Shown here: positions 50,103 through 63,179 of the stretch, one piece after another
How the letters are laid out: the number at the start of each line of letters is the position of its first letter
Position numbering within the stretch: the first letter of the stretch is position 1
Assembly: GCF_023055435.1 (NCBI RefSeq)
Contig: NW_025964223.1
Location: 44,144,001 to 44,208,000, forward strand
Length of the DNA stretch: 64,000 nt
Direction: 5' to 3'
Origin: Haliotis rufescens
Taxonomy: Eukaryota
Made by a program: the position numbers and the translations under genes
Notes under the pieces: generated by a model
Seen by the model: only the letters and a program-made list of their open reading frames with translations
What the model was told of the DNA's origin: nothing
The model's database searches: none

Positions 50103-51085
50103 GATTACTTAAAAAGTCTTAGAAATGCCTCTTCTCAACATTCAAATGTCTCGATTTGTCAACCATGTCAATTGGTTCCTTTGTTACAATTCACATGTTT
50201 TGGAGTTATTCATGACTGTACCCGCTGCGATATAATTTAGTTTTAACAACTATTGACCAGGAAATCCACACTTCTGAATGCAAAACAATGTCAGTAAATG
50301 ACAAAACCTTCTTTCATCGTCTGATAAGAATACGAAACATGTTCATTTTAATAAACGGAACTGGGTGAACTAATTAATTTAAGGGAGTGAACATTGTTTT
50401 GCCACGACAGGACACAACATTGTTATTTGTACATACAGCCGAATCTCATTATCTCAAACTCCGTTATCTCCAATGTACCGATATCTCACAATCAGAATTT
50501 GGAATATATTTGAAATTTCAAATAAAAACTGGCATTTATATATTACACATGTATACATACATACAATGTACACACATTAGAGATCTCATACCCTGCTTGA
50601 CAGCAAACTTGATATCAAATGACTCAAAATGAATCATACAGTCCCCTATCGACACCTGACACAACTCTGACAGGATGCAGTTGAACGTGATCTATGTGCG
50701 TTGACGACAAAACGTGGCTAAGGCTGAAGTTGTCACTGGTTAGAGTGACTGTAGCCATTATTATTTGTCATTTCCTTATAACACATTTAGATAATTTATT
50801 GTTGATATTTGATCCCTGTCAGCTTAAGCGTTTTGTACGAATTTTGGTTTGATAATATATCTGTTATCTACAGACCATAATCGTGGAATTTATGGAAATG
50901 AAAAATACAATAATGATAAAAACTGGAGTAACAGGTACTACATTATGAATACCAATTAGTACGCTATGTTGGTCTGTGTAAAGTAGAATCCGAAGACCAG
51001 AACAAATGATATAATCCAAGCTAAACTGTCAGTAGCTTGTTTTCTTCAGAGACGGCAATTATAAACAAAGGTTGCATATTCAATT

Positions 51086-51254
51086 ATAAGGAAGAGAATT
51101 TATGGATGTCAACTTCTCCATTATGAGAACATAACGTTTCGGAGTATATGCTTAATCCTTCATCAGTACTTTCACATGATGAAGGAGTAGGCATATACTC
51201 CGAAACGTGTTCCTCATGATAAAGAAGTTGACATCCATAAATTCTCTTCCTTAT
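51086..51254. repeat. Foldback element with hammerhead-like cores (shorter relative at about 52926-53023)
   Basis: ATAAGGAAGAGAATTTATGGATGTCAACTTCT is a perfect inverted repeat of the right end; the interior is also self-complementary. Confidence 0.75.
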
Positions 51255-51537
51255 GTGTATCACTTCTAAATGCCTTTCAAAGACTTTATTCAAAATAATT
51301 CAGAAAAAAACTATTAATCTGTTATAATATAGTTCATTGTGAAAAAGCAAACACAAACATATGTGTTGACATGAACACAAATGACTTTCCTAATTCACAC
51401 CTATATCATGCTATTAACGTCAGCTTCACCGTTATCAATTCCTAGTCACATATTGCGGTGTCTGATGTGGTGTTGAGACTAATATTCGTCGTTTATCACA
51501 CAAAACACCTCAGCTCTGATTGCGGCCATAAACCTCC

Positions 51538-52755
51538 TATATAACCCAGACAGCAATGCGTCCCTGGCTTCCGAATTCGACGTTCGTCTGAAGGTAAGTA
51601 AATAGGTACATTCTATTGACGATCAAACAGTGTTTGAAGACAATTATTCCTTAACGTCTCCGTTCATGATATTTATACGTTTGCGTTTGTTTACCATTTG
51701 TAGGTTTAAAGTGTTTACTGTCAACAGACATGTTATTGATCATGACTCGATCGTCTTCCGCTCAGTGCCCATATGTTTGTTAGTGTTTCTCATTTTCTCC
51801 TATGTCTATTTATATAGTTAAAGAAGTGAACGAATTAATGGTTTCATAAAAACAATGCACACGGTTATTTATGTTTGAGATTCATAGTCAACTTTAAAAT
51901 GAAAAGAGCTTCTTTTCTGTCCATACGTTCGTCCGCCTTAAGAAAGTACTCACATAATTTTCCCACATCCGCAATGTGTATGATTTCCATTGTGCCTGAT
52001 GTGACGAAAAATACAGATACTCCCTCTCATTCTGACCAGTATGTTTCTAGATTTTCTTTGACTTTGTAAAGTCTCTGACTTTATTTATTAATATTATTAT
52101 TAAGCTTTGCAATTCTGATGTTTCAAAGGTATGAGTTGAACTGCATGGCTAACTTTCATTTGTGATATGATAATTCGATGTTTTGTCATTGCGTGTTTCC
52201 GGTGACTCCATCTCTAGTCACATCCAGAGTTCATCCCAGAGTTGTTGATTTTTTTTTCAATGTTTAATCGAATATATGACAGATTAAATATCATGGTTAT
52301 TCCTCTCATGATGATGAGTAGCAAATAACCACGGTGACCTCTTTATCGCGTGGGAGGCACGGGTTGCCAACTCGTCTATGGCGCCACAAGTCGCTATGCA
52401 GAGTTGCATCCCTTGGGCACAGCAGAAACCTATGATCGAGGGTTGAAATCCCAGTTCGTCCAGATTATGTTTCCAGGTTTGTCAACACCATACCCGTGCT
52501 CGTGCGTTTTACCAAAGTTGTAAAATTCTGAGACCTGTATTACTTCGGGCTTTTCTCCCACACTAAGCTGACACGCCGTGATATAACCGGAATAATGTCC
52601 AAAGGGGCATACAAATCCTACTCACTCACTCACTTTTTATCATTTTTGCGTTTTTTGTTTCAGATGCTGAGTAGATAGTTTCACAACCAGGGCAGTACCA
52701 TGAAGATGATATGATATGATATGATAATGCTTTCTACTTAATGCTTGAAAATAAA
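51538..52755 (+). pseudogene. Decayed family copy 5 lacking the peptide exon and first EF-hand exon
   Basis: TATATAA 51538-51544 and non-coding exon 1 with AAG|GTAAGT (51593/51594) are present. Degenerate exon 4 at about 52202-52260 (GTGACTCC...GAGTTCATCC, acceptor CAG>CCG). Last exon CAG|ATGCTGAGTAG 52664-52674, AATAAA 52750-52755. No exon 2/3 similarity seen in the ~600 bp between. Confidence 0.75.
52352..52633 (+). mobile_element. SINE family A, diverged, in last intron of pseudogene copy 5
   Basis: GGAGGCACGGGTTGCC head, GCTGACACGCCGTGATATAAC, (ACTC)n tail. Confidence 0.8.
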
Positions 52756-53141
52756 TAATTGCAGGACAAAGTCGTGTGTTATGTGTATGTCCATACATAA
52801 AACTTCAGCAAACAGCCGTAGGTTCCACTCCACTCTCAATAATCTTCCAATACAAATATGTCCCTCTCATTTGTTTTTCCTGATCTGTACAGATCAAGTC
52901 TTTGAAGACATCTCGAAGTGACACACATAAGGGATAGAATTTATTGATGTCAACTTCTTTATTATGACGTTGTGTTCCTTATCATGATAAATAAGTTGAC
53001 CTCCATAAATTATCTTTCTTATGTTTAGATAAAGTTTTCAGGCACGATTATCGAAATTGATAATTAACACTGCTGTTTAGAATGACATAACACCAATGAC
53101 ACAGTGAGATATTATGAGTTGTATGGGTGTGGTAATGAATG

Positions 53142-56100
53142 TCATCTTTTTTGTTTACATTTCTCCAGAGAGTTCTCCTATCTATCACACAATGAATATG
53201 GGTGGTATAGATCGCCTTATACACTATGTTGAAACTACTTGGACTACTCATGATAATCATCATTTAGTTCTGTCTAGTGATTTTAATGCAAGGATGAGAG
53301 ATTTTCTTGATTACATCCCATCAGATTCACTTGAATTTATCCATGATGATAGTCAAGACTATCCATCAGACAATCTTGATATGCCTAGGAAGTCTAAAGA
53401 CAACATGCGACATTAAAACTATGGGCTAAAGCTTGCTGAAATGTGTGCTGCCTATGGTATTCATGCCCTAAATGGGCGTTTATTTGGAGATAAAGTTGGT
53501 AACTTCACCTGTATTACCCATAATGGAGCAAGTGTAGTAGACTATGTGCTAGCAGCGTCTGACCTCTTTCCACATTTTAGTGATTTGAAAGTACTTGACA
53601 GAGATTAATCCTGTCACTTTCCTCTTTCATGTGAGATTAACCTTAACCAAACAAACCCTCAATATATGGAAGCAAATGTGTATGATGACTGTCAGCACAA
53701 TATCAATAGCCAAAATGATCTTACAAATGATGACTCACAAGAGTGGATGAAATACACATGGAATGAAGATAGACATTTCGACTTTTAACAAAGTTTCAGA
53801 GTATTTTTCTTGAAAATTATGATGAATGTTCAGCATTGATCAATGTCAGAGTTAATCAAGGCATTCATGCAATTGTGAATATGTACCATAAGGCAGGAGA
53901 AGGTTTTGGAAAAGTTTACAAAAAAACATTTCACAGTATTAAGAATAAACAACCGCCATGGTGGGATGATGAACTGGAATGTGTGAAACAAAATAAATAC
54001 CGTGCACTTAGAAATCATAGGGACTTTAACCAAGATTTAAATGTGTATCGAAAGGAAAGAAGGTATTTTAAGAAGTTATTTTCACATAAAAAGAGCATAT
54101 ATCTGAGTAAGCAAAGAGATTTATTATCTTCTTCCTGTTCAGACTCTAAGCAATTTTGGAAGCTATTAAAGAATCAGAGACAAAAAGGTAGCTCATCTAA
54201 CAACATCACCACTGGCACATGGTAGAACTATTTTAAGAACTTACTTAATTCTACAGTTTATAATTTTTCATCTTACCCTAATCAAGAGCTGCAATTAGAA
54301 TGTGACACTGGAGAAGATATACTATGTTTGGACTTAAACAAACCTATTCCAGAAGAAGAAGTTTATCACCGCATTAGAAGTCTGAAAAATAATATAACTC
54401 CTGGACCAGATGGGATTGCAAATGAATTTGTGAAGTCAACCAGAGACTATATCACTACACTACTTGCAAACTTCTTTAATCAGATGCTTTTTACTAACAC
54501 ATTCCCAGATCTTTGGGATCAGAGCATTATATGTCCGCTTCATAAAATTAGACCGGTGCAGGAGCCTGGAACCTAAAGAGGCATATCTCTCATTGACTCC
54601 TTTTGTAAGGTTTTAATAGCAGTGTTAAACAATAGACTCAAAGACTGGTGTGGCTGTCACAACATACTATCAGAAACGCAAGCCGGCTTTAGATCTACAT
54701 ATTCAACAGCGGACCATATTTTCACTTTGAAGCAATGATAACAAAATATCTTTTGAAGAAAGGGGGGAGATTTTACTGCATCTTCATAGATTTTAGAAAA
54801 GCGTTTGACTTTATAAATCATGATGTTCTTTTTCAAAGTCTTCATGATGTAGGGCTCAGAGGAAACTTCTTAAATTTTATTACATCTATGTACACCAAAT
54901 CTTTCTGCTTGTGTGAGGACAGATTCTGGTTTGTCGGATTATTTCAAATGCAGCACTGGTACCCGTCAGGGGCGTATAATGAGTCCTCTAATCATTTTGA
55001 TTTTCATTAACAAACTTGTGATAAAATTGGAGGAAAAGAGTTGAAGAGGAATTTTTATGACTTGTGATATTCAAGATATATTTGCATTGATGTATGCAGA
55101 TGATGTGTCAGCTGTTTCAGACTCAACAAATCAACTTTAACAGAAAATTAATGTACTAGAAGAATTTTGCAATTCAACAGGAATGAAGATAAATCTCAAT
55201 AAGACGAAAATCATGGTGTTTAGGAATGGTGGCCCACTGAGAAAATTTGAGAAATGGTATTTTAAAGGTGAACAAATAGAAACAGTGAGTTGTTATAAAT
55301 ATCTGGGAACTCCCTTCACAACGAAACTTTCATGGGCTAAAACACAGATATGTCTAGCCGCTCAAGCCATTAAAGCTTTATTCTCACTTCAACAATTTCA
55401 ACAAAAGTTTGGATATATTCCTGTTGGAGAAGTTTTTAATTTTTTTGACTCAATGATAACTCCCATTTTATGCTATGGAGCTGAAGTATGGGGAATTAAC
55501 TACTGTAACACTATTGAGCAAGCGCATCACAGATTTTGCAAAAGATATTTGAAACTTAATAAATATACTAATAACAACATGGCTCAAGGAGAATGTGGGA
55601 GAGTGCCGCTTCAATATCATTATATGTCCAGAGCAGTGAGTTACTGGTGCAGAGGGATCCATATGGAGCCTCAAAGATTACTATATCGGTCCTATTGTAT
55701 GCTCAAGTCACTTGATGACTCTGGTAAAACCACATGGGTATCACACAACAGGAATATCCTGTTTCAGTAAGGATTTGTTTTTATTTGGATAAATCAGGAA
55801 TGCGGTGATAGCAAATTATTGATGATGAAATTTTAACAGAGGCTGTATGACTGTCTTTCTCAAAACGGGCATCTCTCCATAGAGCTCTCATCTAAATGCA
55901 AAGATTACTCACAGTACAAATCTCTCCTTAATGTAGAAATATACTTATTATCATGTGAAATCTCTGCTTATTATAAAAAGATTAATATGTATGTTCAGGT
56001 GTAACAACTTTAAACTTGCAGTTGAAACCGGAAGACATTCTAAAATCCCATATGAAGAACGTGTGTGCGTGTATTGCCACTCCAAAGATTTAACTCAAAT

Positions 56101-56403
56101 TGAGGATGAGTATCATGTATTGTCAATCTGTGACAGATACCGAGCTGCAAGAAGAGAATGCTTTGCTGAAAGTGAAGCAGTTTTTAAACCTTATGTCAAC
56201 AAACTCCACAAGAACTTTAAAACACATTGGACTATTTCTATCTAAAGTTATGAATATACGTAACTCTGTTCTAACGTATTCTCAAACTATTTGTCTTAAC
56301 ATAACGCCATAGTATATAAGCATGTATGATCTACATTATGTTAACATGTATTATGGGCTGGAGGCCTGATTACTGAATAAATCGGTCTGTCTGTCTGTCT
56401 GTC
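53142..56403 (+). mobile_element. 5'-truncated LINE (APE-RT; RTE-X or CR1/L2-like), multiple stops and frameshifts
   Basis: SDFNAR, SVVDY, PWWD, PGPDGI, QAGFR, FIDFRKAFD, YADD, YKYLG, ETGRH...CVYC...EDEYH; AATAAA plus (GTCT)n tail; 12-bp TSD TGGTAATGAATG at 53130-53141 and 56404-56415. Confidence 0.93.
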
Positions 56404-57793
56404 TGGTAATGAATGGGTCTTATTCCGGGGTTCGATTTTGTGACCCATGAACAACACAATGCTAATGATAATTGAGGCTGAAAAAGGAAATTAGCTCGCT
56501 GATATGAACTTCATAAGCCTGGTCATGACAAATAAAGGTCAGAGGCACTACACTTTACATAAATCAGTGACACGTCACAGTACGCTTTTCACCCGTGAAA
56601 AGATGTGGCTGCTATTTGGTGTAATCTCGAGAAGGAACTATGCCTAGCGAGGGTTCAAACCCAAAACGCCATGTTGCTCGCTTGATGGCGTATGCAACTT
56701 ATGTCATAGCTGTAGGGATGTCAGCTCTACACAATATCAAGCATTGGTGGTGTTCGCACAAAGGTCACACACGGATAAGGCTCGTCGTACTTTCATGAGT
56801 TATAAACAGACACATTTCAATACTTGCAACAACTCACTCTGTTACCAATGAATACCTGAAGCCGAAACTTACATTTCAACTAGAATGTGTTATACACCTA
56901 CAAACATTTGTCTCCCCGTCCTGTTTTATACATTAGTTCAAATTGCCATTATAAATGCGTTTGCAAATCCGAAAAGCAATAATAGGAAATTATAGCCTGG
57001 AAAATTTTCATGGTTTCATGCACAATATTCATCAGCTGTAGAGTTTTGGAGGGAAACAAATGCTACTTGTTTGAGATTTAGTCCTAATTGTTTTTATGGA
57101 AACAAAAGATTTTTTTTGTTAGAAAAATAGTCAAGTCAACAGTGGAGCATGTGGTCATTGCACATGTACTTGTAGTGTCATGCAATACATATTCATTAGT
57201 TTGGTTGTCATGGTGCGGAAATGAAACCCAGAGTTGTTTGAGACTCGGTCCAATTTGTTTCCATAGAATGGAAAGGTAAATTCAAAAATCAAATTTAGAA
57301 AGAAACAAAATTATAATAGCAAAAAACACTTGTTAAGATGATGGACAAGATTTGTTTTCAAGTTATTGCCCGGAAACAAACCTTCCCTCGCGTGAGACTA
57401 AATCGAAAGTGTTTCCATGGAAACATAAGAAAATAAAATTTAGACAAATTTAAGAAAAGCACTAAGCACCAGGTGATAAGTTTCGTTGAACGGTTTTCAA
57501 GTTATAACCCTGAAACGAAACCTACTGTCGTTTGAGTCCATGTCGATTTTTGTTTCCATGGAAACATAAAAGAGTATAATTTGGATCGTAGGCACGTAAT
57601 ATATTGGGAATTTGATGAAATTGTGTTGTCATATATAAACCCAGAAGCCTTACTGGGTTAAAGTCACTGCTAATTAACTGCTAATTCCCAGATTACAATT
57701 AGTTAGATTTGTGTAAGAGGAGATAATATCCTTTCTCGACAGTGGTATACTGTGTAATCACTGATTATAATACATATCACTTAATATAATACT

Positions 57794-58077
57794 GGGGGCA
57801 CGGGTGGCCCAGTCGTCTAAGGCGCCTCGATTCGCTGTGCAGAGTTGCGTCCCTTGGACACGCCAGAAACCTATGATTATGGGTTCGAATCCCGGTTCGC
57901 CCCGGTTATGTTTCTAGGTTTGTCAGCACCATACCCGTGCTCGTGGGTTTCACCAAAGTGGTAAACGTCTCAGATCTGCATCACTTTGGTCTTTCCTGCC
58001 ACAATAAGCTGACACGCCGCGATATAACTGGAATACTGTTATAAGCGGCGTTAAACCCAACTCACTCACTCACTCAC
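57794..58077 (+). mobile_element. SINE family A
   Basis: Same body; TSD TAATATAAT.CT. Confidence 0.88.
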
Positions 58078-58282
58078 TAATATAATTCTGTGTTTTAAGA
58101 TCCTAATCTATTTGTGACCAAAGTTAAATATAACTACGTGTATATATTAAACATACACGTTCATATCAACAAACGGGACTGGAAGAGTGTATTAATGGAA
58201 GTGAGTGAACAGTGTTTGCCAGTATTATCCAATTACAAGGGGTAGAAATTTACATTTTTAATACACTAATCAGCTGACAAAC

Positions 58283-58480
58283 TACGTTGTCACAACATTG
58301 TAGTAAGGTTGTGAATTGGTAACGTCGTGATACAACGTTGTCACAACGTTATTATTACGTCACCGTGCAACGTTATTTCACAACGTAATAACAAGTTTGC
58401 ACATTAACCTTATGAAAACGTTTTGCATCGGAAATCACACGTTTTGTAACGACGTTTCTGAAACGTCGGTGAAACGTTAT
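58283..58480. repeat. ACAACGTT-rich short-period repeat
   Basis: Repeated CACAACGTTGT / AAACGTT motifs. Confidence 0.55.
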
Positions 58481-60334
58481 ACAGTTTCTTGATAGTCTTT
58501 TAGGAATAGAACTGCTTCATGAAAATCAAGTTAATTTCGTCAGAATACCAAGGCTGTAAAGCATTCCTTTCCTATTTATTCGGCATTTTGATTTTCATCT
58601 TGAGATACTAAAATCTTACAGTTTTCCCTACATTTTAGGCAATTATAAAGAATGTGTTTTCTTTTTGGATAAACTTCAAATGTATGTTTACGCGTCCATT
58701 ATAATTACTGGACGGCTGTGTCCTGCTTTCTGGATAATAGAATGAGAGGGTCTTGTGTTGCAATAGTGCTGAACTATATTTGTTTGTTTGTTTCTCGTTT
58801 AACGCCGCACTCAGCAATAATCCAGCTATATAACGGCGGTTTTAACTATATGTCACTGATTTCGTATTGCTGTCTCTAGATTTCTGTGTGTAATAAACAA
58901 GCAGAATGTTAAGTTAATTGTTGACGTATTTATTTATAAGAATTAACTTAAATATGCTATTTGCGTAAAAACCGGTGTGGACACTTTGCGTAAATTTAAA
59001 CAGTGTATACAGTTTATATCCCCATTTACACAAAAGCCTATTGAAGTCAATTCTTATATATTCATTATACTAGTGAAATACTGTTTCACGTGCTGTACAA
59101 GTTTTGAAACTTTCTATGCTAATGAATGAATGCATATATATATATATATATGTAATGTTATACTTGTTGTACAAGTAGACGTTATTTTATATTGCAGAGA
59201 TCAACTACGGGAACAAATGAAGACTCCACAGGAATTTAATACTCAGTGAATTAAATTGATAAATTTAAATTCCTGTTTTGTTTTCATTTGAAATAGAAAA
59301 CCCTATGTCAAACCTTATTTGTTTCGGCAGATGCAGGAATATCAAGTTATCCATTTATTGCAATTTGGTCAGAATAGGTCCTCGGCAACCCATGTTTGCC
59401 ATAAAAGGCACCTATGCTTGTCGTAAGAGGCGACTAACGGGATCGGGTTGTCAGGCTAAGTGACTTGGTTGATGCATGTCATCGTATCTCAATTGCGTTG
59501 ATCGATATTCATGATGTCAGCCACTGGATTGTTTTGTCCAGACTCAATTATTTACAGACCGTTGTCAAATAGCTGCAATAATGCTGAGTGCGGCGTTAAA
59601 CAAGAAAACAAGAAAAAGCAATTGGGGGAATCGGCGTGGTGTAAAAGTTACTCATATACATGATCTACACATTCTTTAGGCAAACTGTCAACGCATATTC
59701 GACCAGACGAGTATTACCGGAACGCCTCAAATCGATCCAAACCGCTTTGGTATCAAAGTCACTCAAAGGAAATATGGTATGGGTGACGATAAAATTCTAC
59801 TTTCCAGAGCAGTATAATTAAGTGTGCAGTGAAACTGTTGATCATATACATATGTAAACAATATATATATACTCTACTTTCTAAAAGAAATGACTAAGCT
59901 CCACACTGTTTTGTACTGCATCAGGGAATCCAACCGCGCCGCCTCAAGTGGTAATCCCCGTCATCTAGCCTTAGTATGACTCAAACACACACCCGATGTT
60001 CAACGTTCATATTGATCCATTTTCAACATCAACCGGGGTCTGGATTTCAATCTAATTCCAACGTTACCTCGTTAATATAGTTCGATTTAAAAAAATAGTT
60101 TGGTGTTTAAATGTATTGCTTTGTAATGAGTTATGTATATCTAGATTTATGCTGTCTGTCAAAATATGGATCGAAGTTGTATTTGTTGACGTTCATCAGC
60201 TGATGAAGACAATGCCTCCATAAGAATATTTATCCTGAAGCCCTTCGCGCATCATGGAATTTGCTCACGTGAGGCACTGTCGTCATAACCTGATGACCGT
60301 CAATAAATACAACTTCAATTCTGAATTATGTGCC

Positions 60335-60482
60335 ATATGTTATTCCGCCCATGATGATTAGTAAGACTTAGGCATCTCTTTATCACGTGTGCATTTTCTG
60401 TTTCAGATGCAGAGTAGATACTTTCCAACCCAGCGCATTAAGATGATATGATAACGTTATCTTCTTAATGCTTGAAAATAAA
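60335..60482 (+). pseudogene. Family remnant 6: last intron end, terminal exon and 3' UTR only
   Basis: TTTCAG|ATGCAGAGTAG 60407-60417 then GCTTGAAAATAAATAATTGCAG as in copy 5; downstream flank to about 62940 resembles the copy 5 flank. Confidence 0.7.
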
Positions 60483-61499
60483 TAATTGCAGAAAAAGTCG
60501 CTTTTATGTTTTGTATGTCGGTACATTTAAACTATATAATTATACGTTCCACTCCTATCTCTATGATTTTCCAAATCCAATATGTACTTTCAATTGTTTG
60601 TCGTGTTAGACCAGTACAGGACATGTTTTCAGGCCTGATGATCGACATTTCTCTCAAGAACACTGCTATTTAGAATAAAATAAACATCAATAAAACATTG
60701 ACATATTAACTAGTTGCATGAGTGAGGAAGTGAATTGGTTGATTCCGGAGTCCTATTATGTAAGCCTATGAACAACAGAGTGCAAATTGTAATTCAGGCA
60801 TAAAAGGAAAATCAACTTGCCGATGTGAACTTTATGAGCTTGGTCACGACAAATAAATGTCAGAGGCATGCATTTACCAACAAGCAATGATACTTCACGG
60901 GTTTGTTGCATTGTGTTGCTTAATCGCCCGTGAGTACATGTACATTTGGCTCCGGCGAGAGGGAAACATTTCCTGGTGAGGGACATAATCGCCATGTTTC
61001 TCGTTCGACGGCGTATGCAACATATTTCATAGCTTCGTGGATGTCTGCTCTAAATATTATCAAGCAATGATAGCAATCGCACAAAATACACCCACGGAGC
61101 ACGGCTCATCGGACTTTCATGAGTCATAAACGGACTCATCCCAATACTTGCAGCTTGCTACTAGTGCGTCACTACTACATGACATAGAGACCGTACGTTG
61201 TCACAGGTGATTGATGATTGTAGTGTCCTTTTCAATACATTTGTTCATTTATGGAAATTCAATACATTTAAAGAAGTTACTATAAATGTGTTTGCAAATC
61301 CGAAAAACAATTATCGTCTGGAAAGATCTCATAGTTTCATGCAAATTATAGACTGTACACATTTCATGGTTTTATGCAGAATATTCATTTGCTGTGGAGC
61401 TTTGGTGGGAAACAAACGCTACTTGCTTGAAACTGATTCGAGATTTTGTCTATGGGAACACAAGAAAAACAAAAAATGACGTCGCGTTCAAGATAGTTG

Positions 61500-61723
61500 C
61501 ACTTATATATCGAGGTGCATTCACGCGTGTGTGAGGCTGCTTTTACCAGTCTTGACAAATGCCGATTTTATAGTGCTTGTTATAGCCCTTTGATGCCGAG
61601 CACCAGACAGGTTAACAAGTACCATATTTTAACGTATTTTGGCATGACACTGCCGGGTTCGAACCCCCGACCTCCGGCAGTCAGGGCAGACGCACTACAA
61701 ATTAAATAGACCACGGAGGCGGT
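61500..61723 (-). mobile_element. tRNA-derived SINE family D (related diverged copies about 20100-20385 - and 11775-11990 +)
   Basis: tRNA-like head with GGTTCGAACCC, GTCATGCCAAAATACGTTAAAATATGGTAC body, GCACTATAAAATCGG. Confidence 0.55.
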
Positions 61724-63179
61724 CTGAAAAATATGAAAACGCAATAGTTGAGCATGTGGCCACTGCTCATGTCTAGCTCCACGCAAAAACATTTAATTAG
61801 TTTGAATGTTATGGCTCGGAAACGAAGCCTAGAGTTGTTTGAGACAAGATCCAAATTGTTTTAATGGTGACGTAACATAGTAAAATAATACAAAAATGAA
61901 AAGCAACAGACACCAGTTAAGCTGATGGCAAATGCATATGCCAAATTTCGTTGACAAATGCGAAAAGGTTTTAAAGTTCTGACCTGGAAAAAAGCCTTGT
62001 GTTGTTTGCGACTGTTCTATCAAATGCAGTGAATACTCATGACGGGATCGTGGACACGTAAAAAGATGGGAATTGTGTTGCCCTAAAATAAACCTAGAAG
62101 TCTTACCATAAAGTTGGTTAATGTGAATCATGATCATGAAATTCACTGCGAATTCGCAGATTACAAAATAGTTAGATTTGTGTAAGGGCGACGTGATAAC
62201 CTTCAACTGTAGTGTCAAAATCAAGTTGACCCCCTACTAGTGCACGGATGAACTGCTTGGTCTAATTGCAATGTCTCTGCTGTACACGATTGTGTTGGTT
62301 TTGGTTTTGGCAGTCCCTTTTTAAAGCTGAGCTTTCTTTGAGACCGACTATACCATTTATATTTCATGATCGCATAGTTTTGTGGTAGTGTTTATTTCCT
62401 GACACGTCTACGGCAAATAGAAAGAGGAAAGACGCTACCAGGTTTTGTGTTCTTTCTTGGTTTAAACATACCATCACAGAGTAGCCTGATTCTATTCCTA
62501 ACACGCTAAATTACACATTTGAATATTGTGGTAAGGGCATTTTGTGGCCCATCATTGTTTACATATTATCATTTAAATATGTCTACCGACAATGACAAGA
62601 AGTACTTTTCTGAAAACATTAGCTTCCGCGGTGTTCTTGCTATTTCTATAAGAGGGGATTTATTGTGATTTAATACATCTGATTGACCAATCAAACTCGA
62701 TTATTTTCCCAATACTTGGAAGAATTTTGTTTTAACAACATAAAACTAGAGGAACAAATGTTTAAATAAGAGGAATGTCAAGCAAAGAAATCCTACCGTA
62801 AAGTTGGTTAAAGTGAATCATGATCATGAAATTCACTGTGAATTTCGAGATTACAAATAGTTAGAAATGTGTAAGACGAGATAAATTCCATTCCAGACAG
62901 AGGTATACTGTGTAATAACTGATAATAATAAATATATAATTAATATAATACTTGGTTTTAAGTGCTATAAATCACATTGCACCCTTTATATCTTAAACTG
63001 GTTTCGGTACCACTTCTTAATTATATTTTTTATAGTAAAATAAAGACGTTGTTCTCCACAAATTCTGTCTACTTTGTCATCCGTCAACTTCTAAGAAATG
63101 CCTATCAAACAATTCATTCGTTTATACGGCGTAGTATGGGCCGAATTAATCTCACATTGACAATTTCGGGGTGTCTTGC

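Larger units (their letters stand above)
35314..50860 (+). repeat. Recent tandem segmental duplication (35314-42730 and 43472-50860) carrying gene copies 3 and 4
   Basis: Both units start CATAGTATAAAAAATATCACAGCG and end TGGTTTGATAATATAT; near-identical sequence with shared SINEs and mariner relic; many ORF-track peptides appear twice. Confidence 0.93.

Noticed and set aside
57794-57900. tRNA-like sequences with A/B boxes
   Set aside because: SINE heads followed by SINE body, tail and TSD; no complete cloverleaf.
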